NCBI GenBank assembly: GCA_039024555.1
Contig: JBCCQQ010000049.1
Coordinates: 1 to 48,923, forward strand
DNA from: Cyanobacteria bacterium P01_D01_bin.156
GTDB taxonomy: Bacteria > Cyanobacteriota > Cyanobacteriia > Phormidesmidales > Phormidesmidaceae
Direction of reading: 5' to 3'
DNA length: 48,923 nt
The translations under genes were made by a program, and so were the position numbers. This document shows, one piece after another, positions 6,405-16,236 of the stretch. Position 1 is the stretch's first letter; the number at the start of each line of letters is the position of its first letter. Under the pieces are notes generated by a model, which had not been told where the DNA came from, ran no database searches, and was given only the letters and a program-made list of their open reading frames with translations.

Positions 6405-8828
6405 ATGGATAAATTCCTAGCCCCTGTTCTAGATTGGTTTAAACATCAGCAATGGCAGCCCCTCCCCTTCCAACAACAAACCTGGGATGCCTATCTCACC
6501 GGGCATAGCGGTCTGATTCAGGTGCCCACGGGCTCTGGCAAAACCTACGCTGCGGTGATGGGGCCGATCGCCGATATGCTAGCAAATCCAGGTAAAGGTC
6601 TACAGCTGCTTTACCTCACCCCCCTGCGAGCCCTCTCCCGAGACATTGAAAAATCTATCCAAAAACCGATTGAGGAGATGGGCTGGCCCCTCCAGGTGGA
6701 ATCACGCACCGGAGATACCAAAGCCTCCCAGCGGGCACGCCAAAAAAAGAAACTGCCTGAGATTTTAATTACCACACCCGAATCCCTATCGGTCCTGCTG
6801 TCCTACAAGGGAGCTGCCCAGCGGTTTGGGAACCTGCGGGCGGTTATTCTGGATGAATGGCACGAACTGATGAGCTCTAAGCGGGGTACCCAGACGGAGC
6901 TCTGTCTAGCACAGCTGCGGTTGCTACAGCCTAATCTTAAAACCTGGGCCATCTCTGCCACCCTAGGCAATCTGAAAGAGGCGGCCCAAACTGCGGTGGG
7001 CCTGGACACCACCCCAGTCATTATCCAGTCCGATATTAAGCGAGAGACTAAAATTACCAGCATTTTGCCGGAGGAGGTAGATAGTTTTCCCTGGTCCGGT
7101 CACCTGGGATTACATCTATTTCAAGAACTGGTGGACAGTCTGGACCCGGAAAAGTCTACGCTGATTTTTACTAACACGCGATCGCAGTCCGAACGCTGGT
7201 TTCAGGCCCTGAGTTTTGCGGCACCCGATTGTCCCATGGCCTTGCACCATGGCTCCATTAATATGGCCGAACGCCAGGCCATTGAAGCCGGTATTAAAAG
7301 TGGTGACCTAAAGTGGGTAATTTGTACCTCGTCCCTAGATCTGGGTGTCGACTTCCAGCCGGTAGAACGCATCGTCCAAATCGGCAGTGCCAAAAATTTA
7401 GCCCGGTTGCTGCAGCGGGCCGGACGCTCTGCCCACCAGCCCGGCGGCACCTCCGAAGTCTTTTTCCTACCTACCAATGCTCTGGAACTGATCGAAATTG
7501 CCGCCTTTCGTCAGGGGCTGGCCAGCGGTGACATTGAATCCCGCCATGCCCTGCGACTCCCCTACGATGTCCTATCGCAGCATCTAGTTACCCTAGCCTG
7601 TGGGGATGGTTTTGAACCTGCTGCTACGCTAGCATCGATCCGTCAGACCGTCGCTTTTCAAGATATTAATGATGAGGCCTTTACTTGGATGTTGGAGTTT
7701 TTGGAAAAGGGCGGTCGCTGTCTTAAAGCCTATCCCCGTTATCAAAAGCTAGTTCTAGACGAAGGGCGCTACCAGGTTTCCACCACCCAAATCTCTCGTA
7801 TGCATCGCCTCAGCATTGGCACCATTACGGGAAATCAACAGGTACAGGTGGTCTACACCAACCGTCGTAAGCTGGGCACCGTCGATGAAGGGTTTGTCTC
7901 TCGCCTGAAAAAAGGAGATGTCTTTTTCTTTGCCGGTCGCCAGTTGGAGTTCTTTCAAATGAAAGACATGGTGTTGTATGTCAAAAATACACGCAAAAAG
8001 TCCACTACGGTACCGGTGTGGACCGGAGGAAATCTAGCAATTTCCGATTGTCTCAGCCACCACTTGCGTCAACAGATCACCCAGGTAAAATCAGGTGAAA
8101 TTGTTAGTCCAGAAATTGAATGTATCATGCCAATTTTGGCAGCCCAGGATCGAATCTCTCATTTACCAGATGAGCAGGAGTTGCTAATTGAAACTTGGAA
8201 AAGCCGTGAAGGACAGCACCTGTATGTATTTCCGTTTGAAGGACGGTTTGTACACGAAGGCCTCGGCTTTTTGTGGACCTACCGTTTCTCCCAATGTAAA
8301 AAAGCGACATTTACCGTTTCGGTTAACGACTACGGCTTTGAGATACTGGCACCCAAAAACTATCCGTTCCAGTCTATTTTTGACGAAAATAGTCACAATT
8401 TCTTTGACGGTAACAACATTGCTGATGACATCAGAGCCAGTCTCAATATTTCAGAACTGATTCAGCGACGTTTTCGGAGTGTTGCTCAAGTCTCTAACCT
8501 AGTGTTTCAGGGCTATCCCTCTTCACGCAAAACAGGTAGTCAGCTCCAGGTTAGTGCGTCCCTAATCTATGATGTTTTTTCCAAATATGAATCAGATAAT
8601 CTTTTGCTTAAACAAGCAGAGCAGGAGGTTTTACAGTACCAGTTAGAGTTAGCGCGACTCCAAACTGCTCTAAACCGTATCCAGACATTAAATATTGTCT
8701 GGAAATCAACTCAGCGCCCTTCACCACTAGCGTTTCCACTATTGGTGGAACGGTTAAGTGCTCGACTATCTAATGAGAGTTTGTTGGAGCGTATCGAGCG
8801 GATGAAACAAGCTCTAGTAAATCACTAG
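6405..8828 (+). CDS. Lhr-like ligase-associated DNA damage response DEXH-box helicase
   Basis: Motifs PTGSGKT, TPLRAL, TTPESL, DEWHE, SATLGN, HHGS, TSSLDLGVD, QRAGRS, and C-terminal PFEGR and PSPLAFPL. ATG at 6405 preferred over TTG at 6330. Confidence 0.92.
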   Translation: MDKFLAPVLDWFKHQQWQPLPFQQQTWDAYLTGHSGLIQVPTGSGKTYAAVMGPIADMLANPGKGLQLLYLTPLRALSRDIEKSIQKPIEEMGWPLQVESRTGDTKASQRARQKKKLPEILITTPESLSVLLSYKGAAQRFGNLRAVILDEWHELMSSKRGTQTELCLAQLRLLQPNLKTWAISATLGNLKEAAQTAVGLDTTPVIIQSDIKRETKITSILPEEVDSFPWSGHLGLHLFQELVDSLDPEKSTLIFTNTRSQSERWFQALSFAAPDCPMALHHGSINMAERQAIEAGIKSGDLKWVICTSSLDLGVDFQPVERIVQIGSAKNLARLLQRAGRSAHQPGGTSEVFFLPTNALELIEIAAFRQGLASGDIESRHALRLPYDVLSQHLVTLACGDGFEPAATLASIRQTVAFQDINDEAFTWMLEFLEKGGRCLKAYPRYQKLVLDEGRYQVSTTQISRMHRLSIGTITGNQQVQVVYTNRRKLGTVDEGFVSRLKKGDVFFFAGRQLEFFQMKDMVLYVKNTRKKSTTVPVWTGGNLAISDCLSHHLRQQITQVKSGEIVSPEIECIMPILAAQDRISHLPDEQELLIETWKSREGQHLYVFPFEGRFVHEGLGFLWTYRFSQCKKATFTVSVNDYGFEILAPKNYPFQSIFDENSHNFFDGNNIADDIRASLNISELIQRRFRSVAQVSNLVFQGYPSSRKTGSQLQVSASLIYDVFSKYESDNLLLKQAEQEVLQYQLELARLQTALNRIQTLNIVWKSTQRPSPLAFPLLVERLSARLSNESLLERIERMKQALVNH

Positions 8829-8847
8829 GGTTGCTCTGTGTAGCAGC

Positions 8848-9339
8848 TTAAAACGTATGGTCATGCTCATAGTCAAAACATTGTCCATCTTTCCATTCAC
8901 GATGGCTGGTTTCACACTGTTCTTGATCGTATTTGAATGGCACCACCGTTGGGTGAACAGTTTCTGGCGAGTCATCTAGTCTAGCAGCTTCTTGTTGTCT
9001 GGCAATTGCTAATATTCGTTGACTGTGGGCAACTCCAAACACCGTCACACAACCAAGAATCACTGCCGATACGACGGCTATCTTGGGCAGTAGTTGAAAA
9101 TCACTATCAGCCAGTAAGCGTTTACGAGAGCGACGTTCTTCACCTGCAAAAAAGACTAGATAAAATCCGTTTCCAGGGAAAGGGATAGATAAGCGTAGAT
9201 TGAGCGCATGCTTTGCTTTTGGCAATGCTAAAGCAGACTGATGAAGCGCTTCAATCTGCTGCTCAGTAAAGGTGTAACGCTGCTCTGGAGGCAACTGTTC
9301 AATAATATGTCTTACTAGGGAATGCCGTTGAGTTGTCAT
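8848..9339 (-). CDS. Hypothetical single-pass membrane protein
   Basis: 163-aa ORF with LRLSIPF..FYLVFFAGEERRS, one hydrophobic helix and a C-terminal C-x10-C. Confidence 0.7.
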   Translation of the reverse strand: MTTQRHSLVRHIIEQLPPEQRYTFTEQQIEALHQSALALPKAKHALNLRLSIPFPGNGFYLVFFAGEERRSRKRLLADSDFQLLPKIAVVSAVILGCVTVFGVAHSQRILAIARQQEAARLDDSPETVHPTVVPFKYDQEQCETSHREWKDGQCFDYEHDHTF

Positions 9340-9634
9340 GGTGCAGTATTGAGCAAGTAGTTCGGACTGTTGATCGTCGACTATGAAGGAAGCTTAATCA
9401 CAGAGATGCACCTAAAGGCGTAACAATATAAGATATTTGGCCGATGTCTTCCTGTAGCATAGTAATATTACAAATTGCTGTCATGGGAAAAAGTGCTGAA
9501 AAATTCGATAAGCTACCAATAAAGCCCCCCCTAATCGTTGTAGTTATCTAAGCAGCTAGGGAAAGCTACGCAGAATCAAACATACTTGAGACTCACTTTT
9601 CTTTGCTCTGTCCGTAGATTTTCGATATTAGTGT

Positions 9635-9671
9635 TTTATTACGCCAACAGGTATCCTATTGGCGCAATAAA
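9635..9671. terminator. Intergenic hairpin, possible terminator for the EamA gene
   Basis: TTTATTaCGCCAAcAGG-tat-CCTaTTGGCGcAATAAA inverted repeat. Confidence 0.4.
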
Positions 9672-9679
9672 TATAAATT

Positions 9680-9770
9680 AGCGTTGCTGATTCTCGATAT
9701 GAATTTATCTAAAAGCCCCTGTTCTATTCCGAGTTCAACTGAGCGATCCATCCCATAAATCAGCAACGGC
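9680..9770. mobile_element. 91-bp MITE-like element, copy 1
   Basis: Terminal inverted repeats CGTTGCTGATT (9682-9692)/AATCAGCAACG (9758-9768); both ends match the inverted copy at 19165-19255. Confidence 0.7.
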
Positions 9771-9805
9771 AGCTCTGTTTAGGTGAGTGCAAATCCGATA
9801 GCTTT

Positions 9806-10693
9806 TTAGCTCTTCAATGATTGCCTAGAAAATTGCTTAAACAGGTCATTGGCGATGGCCGTTCCTAACAGCACTAAGCCACATCCAAACATCATTGATA
9901 TTGTTACCGTTTCCTTGAGAATAAGCGCACCCCACACCATGGCAAACAAGGGAACTAGATAAGTAACCGTGAGCGCCTTAGTAGATCCAATATTGCGAAT
10001 CAGTCGAAAGTAGAGAATATAGGCAAATGCTGTTGACGCTACTGCTAACGTCAGCACGGAGATAACAACTCCTAACGAGGGTGTTTGTCGTGGTACCGTA
10101 AAGGGTAAGACAGGCATTAGTACAAGAGCAGCCCCCAACTGGCTACCGGTGGTAACGACTAAAGACGGTAAGTCTTTCATGGTGTGTTTAATGTAGGGAG
10201 CCGCGATCGCATACATCAAAGCGCCAGATAGTCCGGCCAGGACAGCCATTAAAAATTCAGGCGTAGCCGCAACATTTTGCCAGCCCACCAGCACAATGAC
10301 CCCAGCAAAGCCCAGCATAAATCCTACTATTCGTGTAGGTGTGAGTTTCTCTTTTAGCCACACTGAGGCGATAATGGTGCCAAATAGCGGAGCTGTACCA
10401 TTAAGAATAGAGGTAAAGCCAGCGGGCAAAGAGACAGAAGCAAAGGCCAACAGCGAAAAGGGTAGAGCAGAATTAATACACCCTACTATCAAGAGAGTCC
10501 AAAAATTACGGTGAAACTCTCCTAAAAGTTTCAACTTTGCCAGTACGGGCAGCAACACAAGTCCAGCCAGGAGTACCCGCAATTCAATTAACCATATGGG
10601 ACCCAATACAGGCGCTGCAATGCGCATAAACAAAAACGAGCCACCCCATAGAGCTGCTAGCAGCAGCAGTTCAGCAAGATCTGATAATTTCAT
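9806..10693 (-). CDS. DMT/EamA family transporter
   Basis: About 10 TM helices; LWGGSFLF, TSILNGTAPLF and TYLVPLFAMVWG motifs. Confidence 0.92.
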   Translation of the reverse strand: MKLSDLAELLLLAALWGGSFLFMRIAAPVLGPIWLIELRVLLAGLVLLPVLAKLKLLGEFHRNFWTLLIVGCINSALPFSLLAFASVSLPAGFTSILNGTAPLFGTIIASVWLKEKLTPTRIVGFMLGFAGVIVLVGWQNVAATPEFLMAVLAGLSGALMYAIAAPYIKHTMKDLPSLVVTTGSQLGAALVLMPVLPFTVPRQTPSLGVVISVLTLAVASTAFAYILYFRLIRNIGSTKALTVTYLVPLFAMVWGALILKETVTISMMFGCGLVLLGTAIANDLFKQFSRQSLKS

Positions 10694-10696
10694 GTT

Positions 10697-11545
10697 TTAA
10701 TTCTCTTCTATACTCTGAGTCGCTTCCCAACCCAACACCACGGTTTTACGCTCCATGCCCCATCGATAGCCCCCCAGTTTTCCTGAACCACGAATGACAC
10801 GATGGCAGGGAATTAAATATCCCACCGGATTTCGACCGACGGCATTACCGATGGCTCTGGCGGCGGTGGGGCGTCCTATCGAGGTAGCCAATCCTTGATA
10901 GGTGGTCAGACTGCCAAAGGGAATTCTTAATAGGGCACGCCACACTTGTATTTGAAAGTTAGTTCCCTTAATGTGTAGGGTAAGGGGAGTCTGGGATGAG
11001 GGTTGAAAAATGCGATCGCAAATATCCTCAGTGGCTAGTTGGTCATAAACAATGTCAGCCTGGGGCCATTCTGTTTGTAAATACTCTTTCGCTATATTCT
11101 CACGGATATTGTCGAGAAAGTGTAAATTACAGATTCCCCGTTCAGTCCGGGCAATTAGGCAGGTGCCAAAGGGTGTTTCATGCACACCGTAGCGAATCTT
11201 TAAGCCTGCCCCCCCTGTTTTATATTCTCCCGGTGACATCGCTTCCAGGGTGACAAATAAATCATGGAGACGACCTGGACTAGATAATCCTGCCTCTAAG
11301 GTCAAATCTAAAAGACTTTTAGTTTCATCAATCTTAGATTTTGCATATTCCAGCGTGAGATATTGGGCAAACCGCTTGGGGCTAGTGCCAGCCCACTGGG
11401 TAAACAATCGCTGGAAGTGGTACTCACTCAGGTTAACATGCTGGGCAATGGTTGCTAAGGAAGGTTGTTCTAGATGGTGTTGTTGAATAAATGAGATCGC
11501 TTTAGCAATGCGGTTATAGGTTTCCTGGTTGTAAGCTGTCGTCAT
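10697..11545 (-). CDS. Ada-like bifunctional AraC-HTH / methylated-DNA-protein-cysteine methyltransferase
   Basis: LSEYHFQRLFTQWAGTSPKRF HTH; GTNFQIQVW, active-site IPCHRVI, GYRWG. Start uncertain (11545-11587). Confidence 0.92.
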   Translation of the reverse strand: MTTAYNQETYNRIAKAISFIQQHHLEQPSLATIAQHVNLSEYHFQRLFTQWAGTSPKRFAQYLTLEYAKSKIDETKSLLDLTLEAGLSSPGRLHDLFVTLEAMSPGEYKTGGAGLKIRYGVHETPFGTCLIARTERGICNLHFLDNIRENIAKEYLQTEWPQADIVYDQLATEDICDRIFQPSSQTPLTLHIKGTNFQIQVWRALLRIPFGSLTTYQGLATSIGRPTAARAIGNAVGRNPVGYLIPCHRVIRGSGKLGGYRWGMERKTVVLGWEATQSIEEN

Positions 11546-11783
11546 TGAAGAAGGCATGTTACCGGGCTGCATGGGTGCATGTTCCATACGGTATCGGTCT
11601 AGCTTTGTTCACGCCACCCGTTTTTTGCTGTAGGTATAAAGTAGTTACATTCCAAACCCAATGCCAGACAGCTAGGTAGGCTCAGCAGCTGGCAACCGGC
11701 AGTTCTTAAAACTTTCTGCAGCCGCTTCCTCAGGCCGAAAATTTCTCACTACACTGGACCAGAGATAATTGGAGCCCAGGCTA

Positions 11784-12326
11784 ATGTTATTGAAAATCAT
11801 TGGTAGTTTAGTGGCCGCTCTCGCACTGGTATTCGTTGCTGGGTTTATTTTACCGAGTCAGGTTCATGTGGAACGGAGTTTACTAATCAGTGCGCCACCG
11901 ACTACGATTTTTCCGCTAGTGAGTGATCTAAACCAGTGAGATGCTTGGTCTCCTTGGGCACTGAAGGATCCAAATGCAGAGATGACGATTACGGGCACTG
12001 GGCTGGGGCAAACGATGGTACGGCACAGCGAAGAGCCCGATGTGGGCGATGGAACTCAGGAAGTGACCGCAGTCAAGTCTCCTGAGTATGTGAAAACCCA
12101 TCTGGATTTTGGCGATATGGGTGTTGCAGATGCCATGATCATGTTGACGTCAGAGGAGAATGGGACTCGGGTTATTTGGTCATTGGATTCGGACGTGAGA
12201 GAAGGTGTACCCACATTGATGAAACCGGTCAGTACTTACTTTGGTTTTACGATGGACAGTATGATTAGTAAGGTGTATGAGAAGGGGTTGAACAATCTTA
12301 AGAATCTAATAGAGGATTTTCAATAA
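11784..12326 (+). pseudogene. SRPBCC (START-like) family gene with an in-frame stop
   Basis: ATG at 11784 reads MLLKIIGSLVAALALVFVAGFILPSQVHVERSLLISAPP...DLNQ*DAWSPW. The TGA at 11937-11939 is in frame with the ORF 11982-12326. Confidence 0.85.
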
Positions 12327-12405
12327 ACAACCTCAGCTATTCTAAATCTAGAGTATTTTGGGATCTTGATGACTTGTTTTACAGGAATCCCTGAACACTA
12401 AATAT

Positions 12406-13716
12406 CTAAAAGTATTCCAATATAAATGTGTGACTAACACTAACAAAGCCTGTTGGGTCACAGTCTGGATAATAATCTACCAATTCTTCTCGTCTAGCAC
12501 CATTTATCAGCTCTATTGCCTGAACGGCTGATTCATCAAGAGGAGGATATGCACTAGACTGAACAACCTTAACATCAGTTACTCGGCTATCTGGTAAAAC
12601 ATTATAAGTTAAAACAACTGTCCAAATTCCCTTCCCTGGAGGTGTAGTAGGCATCCATAAGCGGTATGCTAAAGCCCTTACTTTTTCCTCGTAAAGAGAA
12701 ATTCTAGATAGACAAGTTTGACTAAGCGTTGAACGGTCAACTGATTCCTGGGTTTCATGGAAAAGAGCATTCAATTTTTTGGTTTCTTCAGGATCAACTG
12801 AAGTAAATAAGCTCAAACTAGTTGCATTAGATCTCGGATTGCCTCGCAGATACTCTAGATGATTCACAGCAAAAAGAGATGAAGAAGATAACGCATTCCT
12901 TATTTTCCAATAACCATCTAGCTCATTGCCAACAACTCTTGCCGTCCTGTTTTCGAGCTGTTCCATTGTCACGACCCAAAATTTGAGATCGTCAAAATCT
13001 TTAAAGTTAAAATGAGTAGGCTCTCCTCTTGATTGCAAGTAGTTATCAAATCGAAGCAGGGCATTGGCTGCATCTCCGATTTCAAGATTATATCTAGCGG
13101 CACTAGAAAAGGCATTAGTAATAGCGATAGATAATCCCTCATTAGCTGCAAGAGAGCCAACAAAATCACTTATAACTTCTTCCTCCACTTGGGTAAAATC
13201 AACCGGCTCTTGTCTTCCGGTAAAAATAAAACCGTCGAAGAAATCAATACCATCGTACCAAGCATGAAAGAATTCATTGGTAATCGAACCTAAATCAGAG
13301 TCTAATAAGTTAAAAATGTTAATTCCTGATTTCAATCTCATGAGTCCGCTAAACATCTCTGTAATCCCAAGATTCTCGGAAGGATCATAATCAGCCGCTC
13401 CTGTGCCCAAGTTAACCTGACTCTCGAACATGATTACAAAGTTATGAGGAGGCGATGTTCTCAAGTCTGAAACCCAAATGGATGGGAGACCTTTAGCTTC
13501 TAAATTATTGCTGATGATTGTGATTAATCTATCTATATTTTCAGGACTTAATCGATCCCCCGGAGAAGAAGGATGTGAGTTATTTTGAGAAATATTAAAC
13601 GTATCTAGTGAAAGCTCATTTGTAGAATTGTATACATCTGGGATTTTCGCATGAACTCTTGCTGAGAATGCAATGGTTACAAGTGCTAAAACTAAAGAGA
13701 AACGCTTAATCATCAA
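12406..13716 (-). CDS. Secreted protein with C-terminal TonB/TolA-C-like domain
   Basis: Signal peptide ending VHA; C-terminal VVLTYNVLPDSRVTDVKVVQSSAYPPLDESAVQAI; AT-rich DNA. Confidence 0.7.
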   Translation of the reverse strand: MMIKRFSLVLALVTIAFSARVHAKIPDVYNSTNELSLDTFNISQNNSHPSSPGDRLSPENIDRLITIISNNLEAKGLPSIWVSDLRTSPPHNFVIMFESQVNLGTGAADYDPSENLGITEMFSGLMRLKSGINIFNLLDSDLGSITNEFFHAWYDGIDFFDGFIFTGRQEPVDFTQVEEEVISDFVGSLAANEGLSIAITNAFSSAARYNLEIGDAANALLRFDNYLQSRGEPTHFNFKDFDDLKFWVVTMEQLENRTARVVGNELDGYWKIRNALSSSSLFAVNHLEYLRGNPRSNATSLSLFTSVDPEETKKLNALFHETQESVDRSTLSQTCLSRISLYEEKVRALAYRLWMPTTPPGKGIWTVVLTYNVLPDSRVTDVKVVQSSAYPPLDESAVQAIELINGARREELVDYYPDCDPTGFVSVSHTFILEYF

Positions 13717-13875
13717 GGTCTTCTTTATTGATATCTTCTTTAGTTAGGATATAAGCTCATTAAGTATGTAGTGAGCTGCCAAATAAAAAGTATATAAAAT
13801 AATAGTCGTTAGATGAAAACTAATAAGTTTTATTTGTCGCTTTTATCTCAGAAAATATTGCCAATATTAGAATAA

Positions 13876-14100
13876 AAATTAATAAAGCTAATTATTAAAA
13901 ATATCGATTGGCCACAACAACTGCGCGCTGAAGAACTGGCAGAATGGCAACGCCGTCTGGCAGAAGCGAATCGTAATAATGTGTTTTGTCATTGTCGCAA
14001 CTGTAATGAAGAGTGGGTGGCTTCTGGGAAAGAAGCCTGTCCCCATTGCGGTAGCCTGAGCGTAGAAGCGATTGCCTGCTGGCAGTTCCCCGATGGTTAA
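13876..14100 (+). pseudogene. Small zinc-ribbon protein with no canonical start codon (not in the ORF track)
   Basis: Open frame ...WPQQLRAEELAEWQRRLAEANRNNVFCHCRNCNEEWVASGKEACPHCGSLSVEAIACWQFPDG* with two CxxC pairs. In-frame TAA at 13873-13875 and no ATG/GTG/TTG before the conserved part. Confidence 0.7.
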
Positions 14101-14122
14101 ACAGCTGCTCATAAGCAAATCC

Positions 14123-14920
14123 CTATTGCACCTGCTGTTTTAGTACTTCATGGGTAGTAGCATCCGCTGCAAACATATGCTCAACCCGTAATGACGCTAG
14201 CGTAATATCCTGGGGCGTCCCAAACGTTGTAAACATACTAAAAAAGGCCAGTTCACCATACTGGGTTTCATAATGGGTTGTCAGTACCGGAGCCGTAGGA
14301 AGCGAACAGCTCTTGTGTGAATATTGTTTTCCAAGACGAGACTCCAGCAATGCAGCAAAAGCATCTACCCTAGGGCTTAGCGCAGGCTTAGTGGGGACTT
14401 CTTGTTGTAAACGTGCCAAAAATGCTGGGCCTACTTCATCCAAATTACTAATTAGCTTTGTCAACCCTTCTGGATGGCACAACAGATCTAACATATTGAC
14501 TGGCCCTGCCTCTGCTAAGTCACCTGCCCCTGGCATTAATACGGTTGCTAGCCATTGGCCACCCCGATTTAATCTGACTAAATTCCACTCAGCATCAATG
14601 ACCAATGCGGGTTGTGGATCATGGGTACAGAGCAGTTGCTGTAGGGCATCGTTGACCTGTACTAGTGTTGGGTCGTCAAGCTGTGTTGTGTTGTAAACCG
14701 GTGCATAGCCAGCTTGCAATAGCACCTCATTGCGCAGCACCAGAGGCGCATCTAGTTCCTGTAGCCACGCTATCAACAGATCTCGACTGGGGTTAGCGCG
14801 ACCACTTTCTACAAAACTAATGTGCCGTTGCGATACCCCTAGCCGTAACGATAGTTCCAGCTGACTCAGGCGACGAGCTTTACGCAACTGACACAAGGTT
14901 TCAAGCATTTGGTTAGACAT
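14123..14920 (-). CDS. XRE-family HTH regulator with MmyB-like ligand-binding domain
   Basis: LRKARRLSQLELSLRLGVSQRHISFVESGRANPS; PALVID..WN; FFSMFTTFGTPQDITL. Confidence 0.9.
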   Translation of the reverse strand: MSNQMLETLCQLRKARRLSQLELSLRLGVSQRHISFVESGRANPSRDLLIAWLQELDAPLVLRNEVLLQAGYAPVYNTTQLDDPTLVQVNDALQQLLCTHDPQPALVIDAEWNLVRLNRGGQWLATVLMPGAGDLAEAGPVNMLDLLCHPEGLTKLISNLDEVGPAFLARLQQEVPTKPALSPRVDAFAALLESRLGKQYSHKSCSLPTAPVLTTHYETQYGELAFFSMFTTFGTPQDITLASLRVEHMFAADATTHEVLKQQVQ

Positions 14921-15232
14921 ACACTCCACTCAGACTTGTCGGTTTTTGGGCCACAGCCTCGATCTTGATTTAATGCTGTTACTGATCTGAGATATAAAGG
15001 CATCAGTCGGGGTTGCCATGAAACAGCGTTTTGCAGGCGAGTACATACCGAGCATTAGTAATGGCAATTTAATTACCTCAGAGGTAATTGCATAGATAAC
15101 CTGGGCAGTCCAATACTAAACACTATACGGATCGATCTCCAAAGCTATTTTTGAAAGTCCTTGAATCTGTTGACATTTCAGTTTCTAACCATTCGAATAT
15201 CTTTCTAAAAGCTGTTATTACAGTACAGAACC

Positions 15233-15652
15233 ATGTCCCATCAATTTCATAAGTTTTGGCTCAAGGTTACGGCAGTTGTTGTTGGCTCGTTTGCGCCTAT
15301 CTTCTTTTTAGGAACCATGCTATCTACAGCGGAACCCGCCCGCTTAACCCTTGATTTTCTCAGTTGGCCATTGGATGGCCTGCAGACCTACACATCGCCG
15401 GATACACGATTTTTGTCCGCGCTAACCGGCGGTTTTCTGTTGGGGTGGGGTGTCATGATTTGGTGCCTGTCCACATTGGTTTATGATGCAGCACCTGAAG
15501 CTGTGCGCCGTGCCGTACTGACTGGCGTTCTCAGCTGGTTTATTTTAGATAGCGCCGGTTCCATCGCCTCTGGAACAGCGTCTAATGCAATCTTCAATAT
15601 CTTTTTTCTTCTGTTAGGGGTGGGGCCACTGTGTGTTCCTGTTAAGGAATAG
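15233..15652 (+). CDS. Four-TM membrane protein, divergent from the XRE regulator
   Basis: 139-aa hydrophobic ORF; GGFLLGWG and WFILDSAGS. Confidence 0.75.
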   Translation: MSHQFHKFWLKVTAVVVGSFAPIFFLGTMLSTAEPARLTLDFLSWPLDGLQTYTSPDTRFLSALTGGFLLGWGVMIWCLSTLVYDAAPEAVRRAVLTGVLSWFILDSAGSIASGTASNAIFNIFFLLLGVGPLCVPVKE

Positions 15653-15723
15653 CTTGGAAGTAGCGATCGCAACCAACAATTTAACTATCAAATTGATTGT
15701 CTTTTATCTTGACGAGGATTCAT

Positions 15724-16116
15724 ATGCAGCCAAAATCTATAACCCGTATAGTTCTAGCAACTCTCATTATCTGGATTTCCGGAGTTGTTATCATTCGGCT
15801 CGTCGACCATCTGCTCTTAGTTGAAGGAACAGGGTTGGTTATTGGTTATATTTGTGCCGCTCTAGGAGGGCCACCCTCCGTTTGGATAGCTGCAAAGATG
15901 ATTGGTTGTAACATCAATGAGATGACAACCCCGATATTAGTGATTTGCGCCCTAGCTCTGATGACTGATGGATTTGTGATGGGGTTTATCCCAACTGTCT
16001 ATACCAGCCCCGAAAAAATTGTCTTCCTAGCTCCCTTATTTCTGTGGACGTTTGGATGGGCCGCACTTTCTGGATTTGTGATGTCTGGTACGAGTCTTAG
16101 CTTCAACGAAGATTGA
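15724..16116 (+). CDS. Four-TM membrane protein (DUF5367-like)
   Basis: Hydrophobic 130-aa ORF from ATG 15724; family call tentative. Confidence 0.6.
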   Translation: MQPKSITRIVLATLIIWISGVVIIRLVDHLLLVEGTGLVIGYICAALGGPPSVWIAAKMIGCNINEMTTPILVICALALMTDGFVMGFIPTVYTSPEKIVFLAPLFLWTFGWAALSGFVMSGTSLSFNED

Positions 16117-16236
16117 AACCCTAGACGGGAAAACTATACATTTAGCTACTTCACCCAATCTGAGGTGTGTACACATACCTCAGACAATCTCACATTTCCA
16201 TCTATGGTAAGTGACAACGTGAGTTGTTTTTCGGGC

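Noticed and set aside
10697..11545. Ada lacking the N-terminal Zn-binding domain as a novelty
   Set aside because: AraC-HTH + methyltransferase proteins without the Zn domain are a common architecture.
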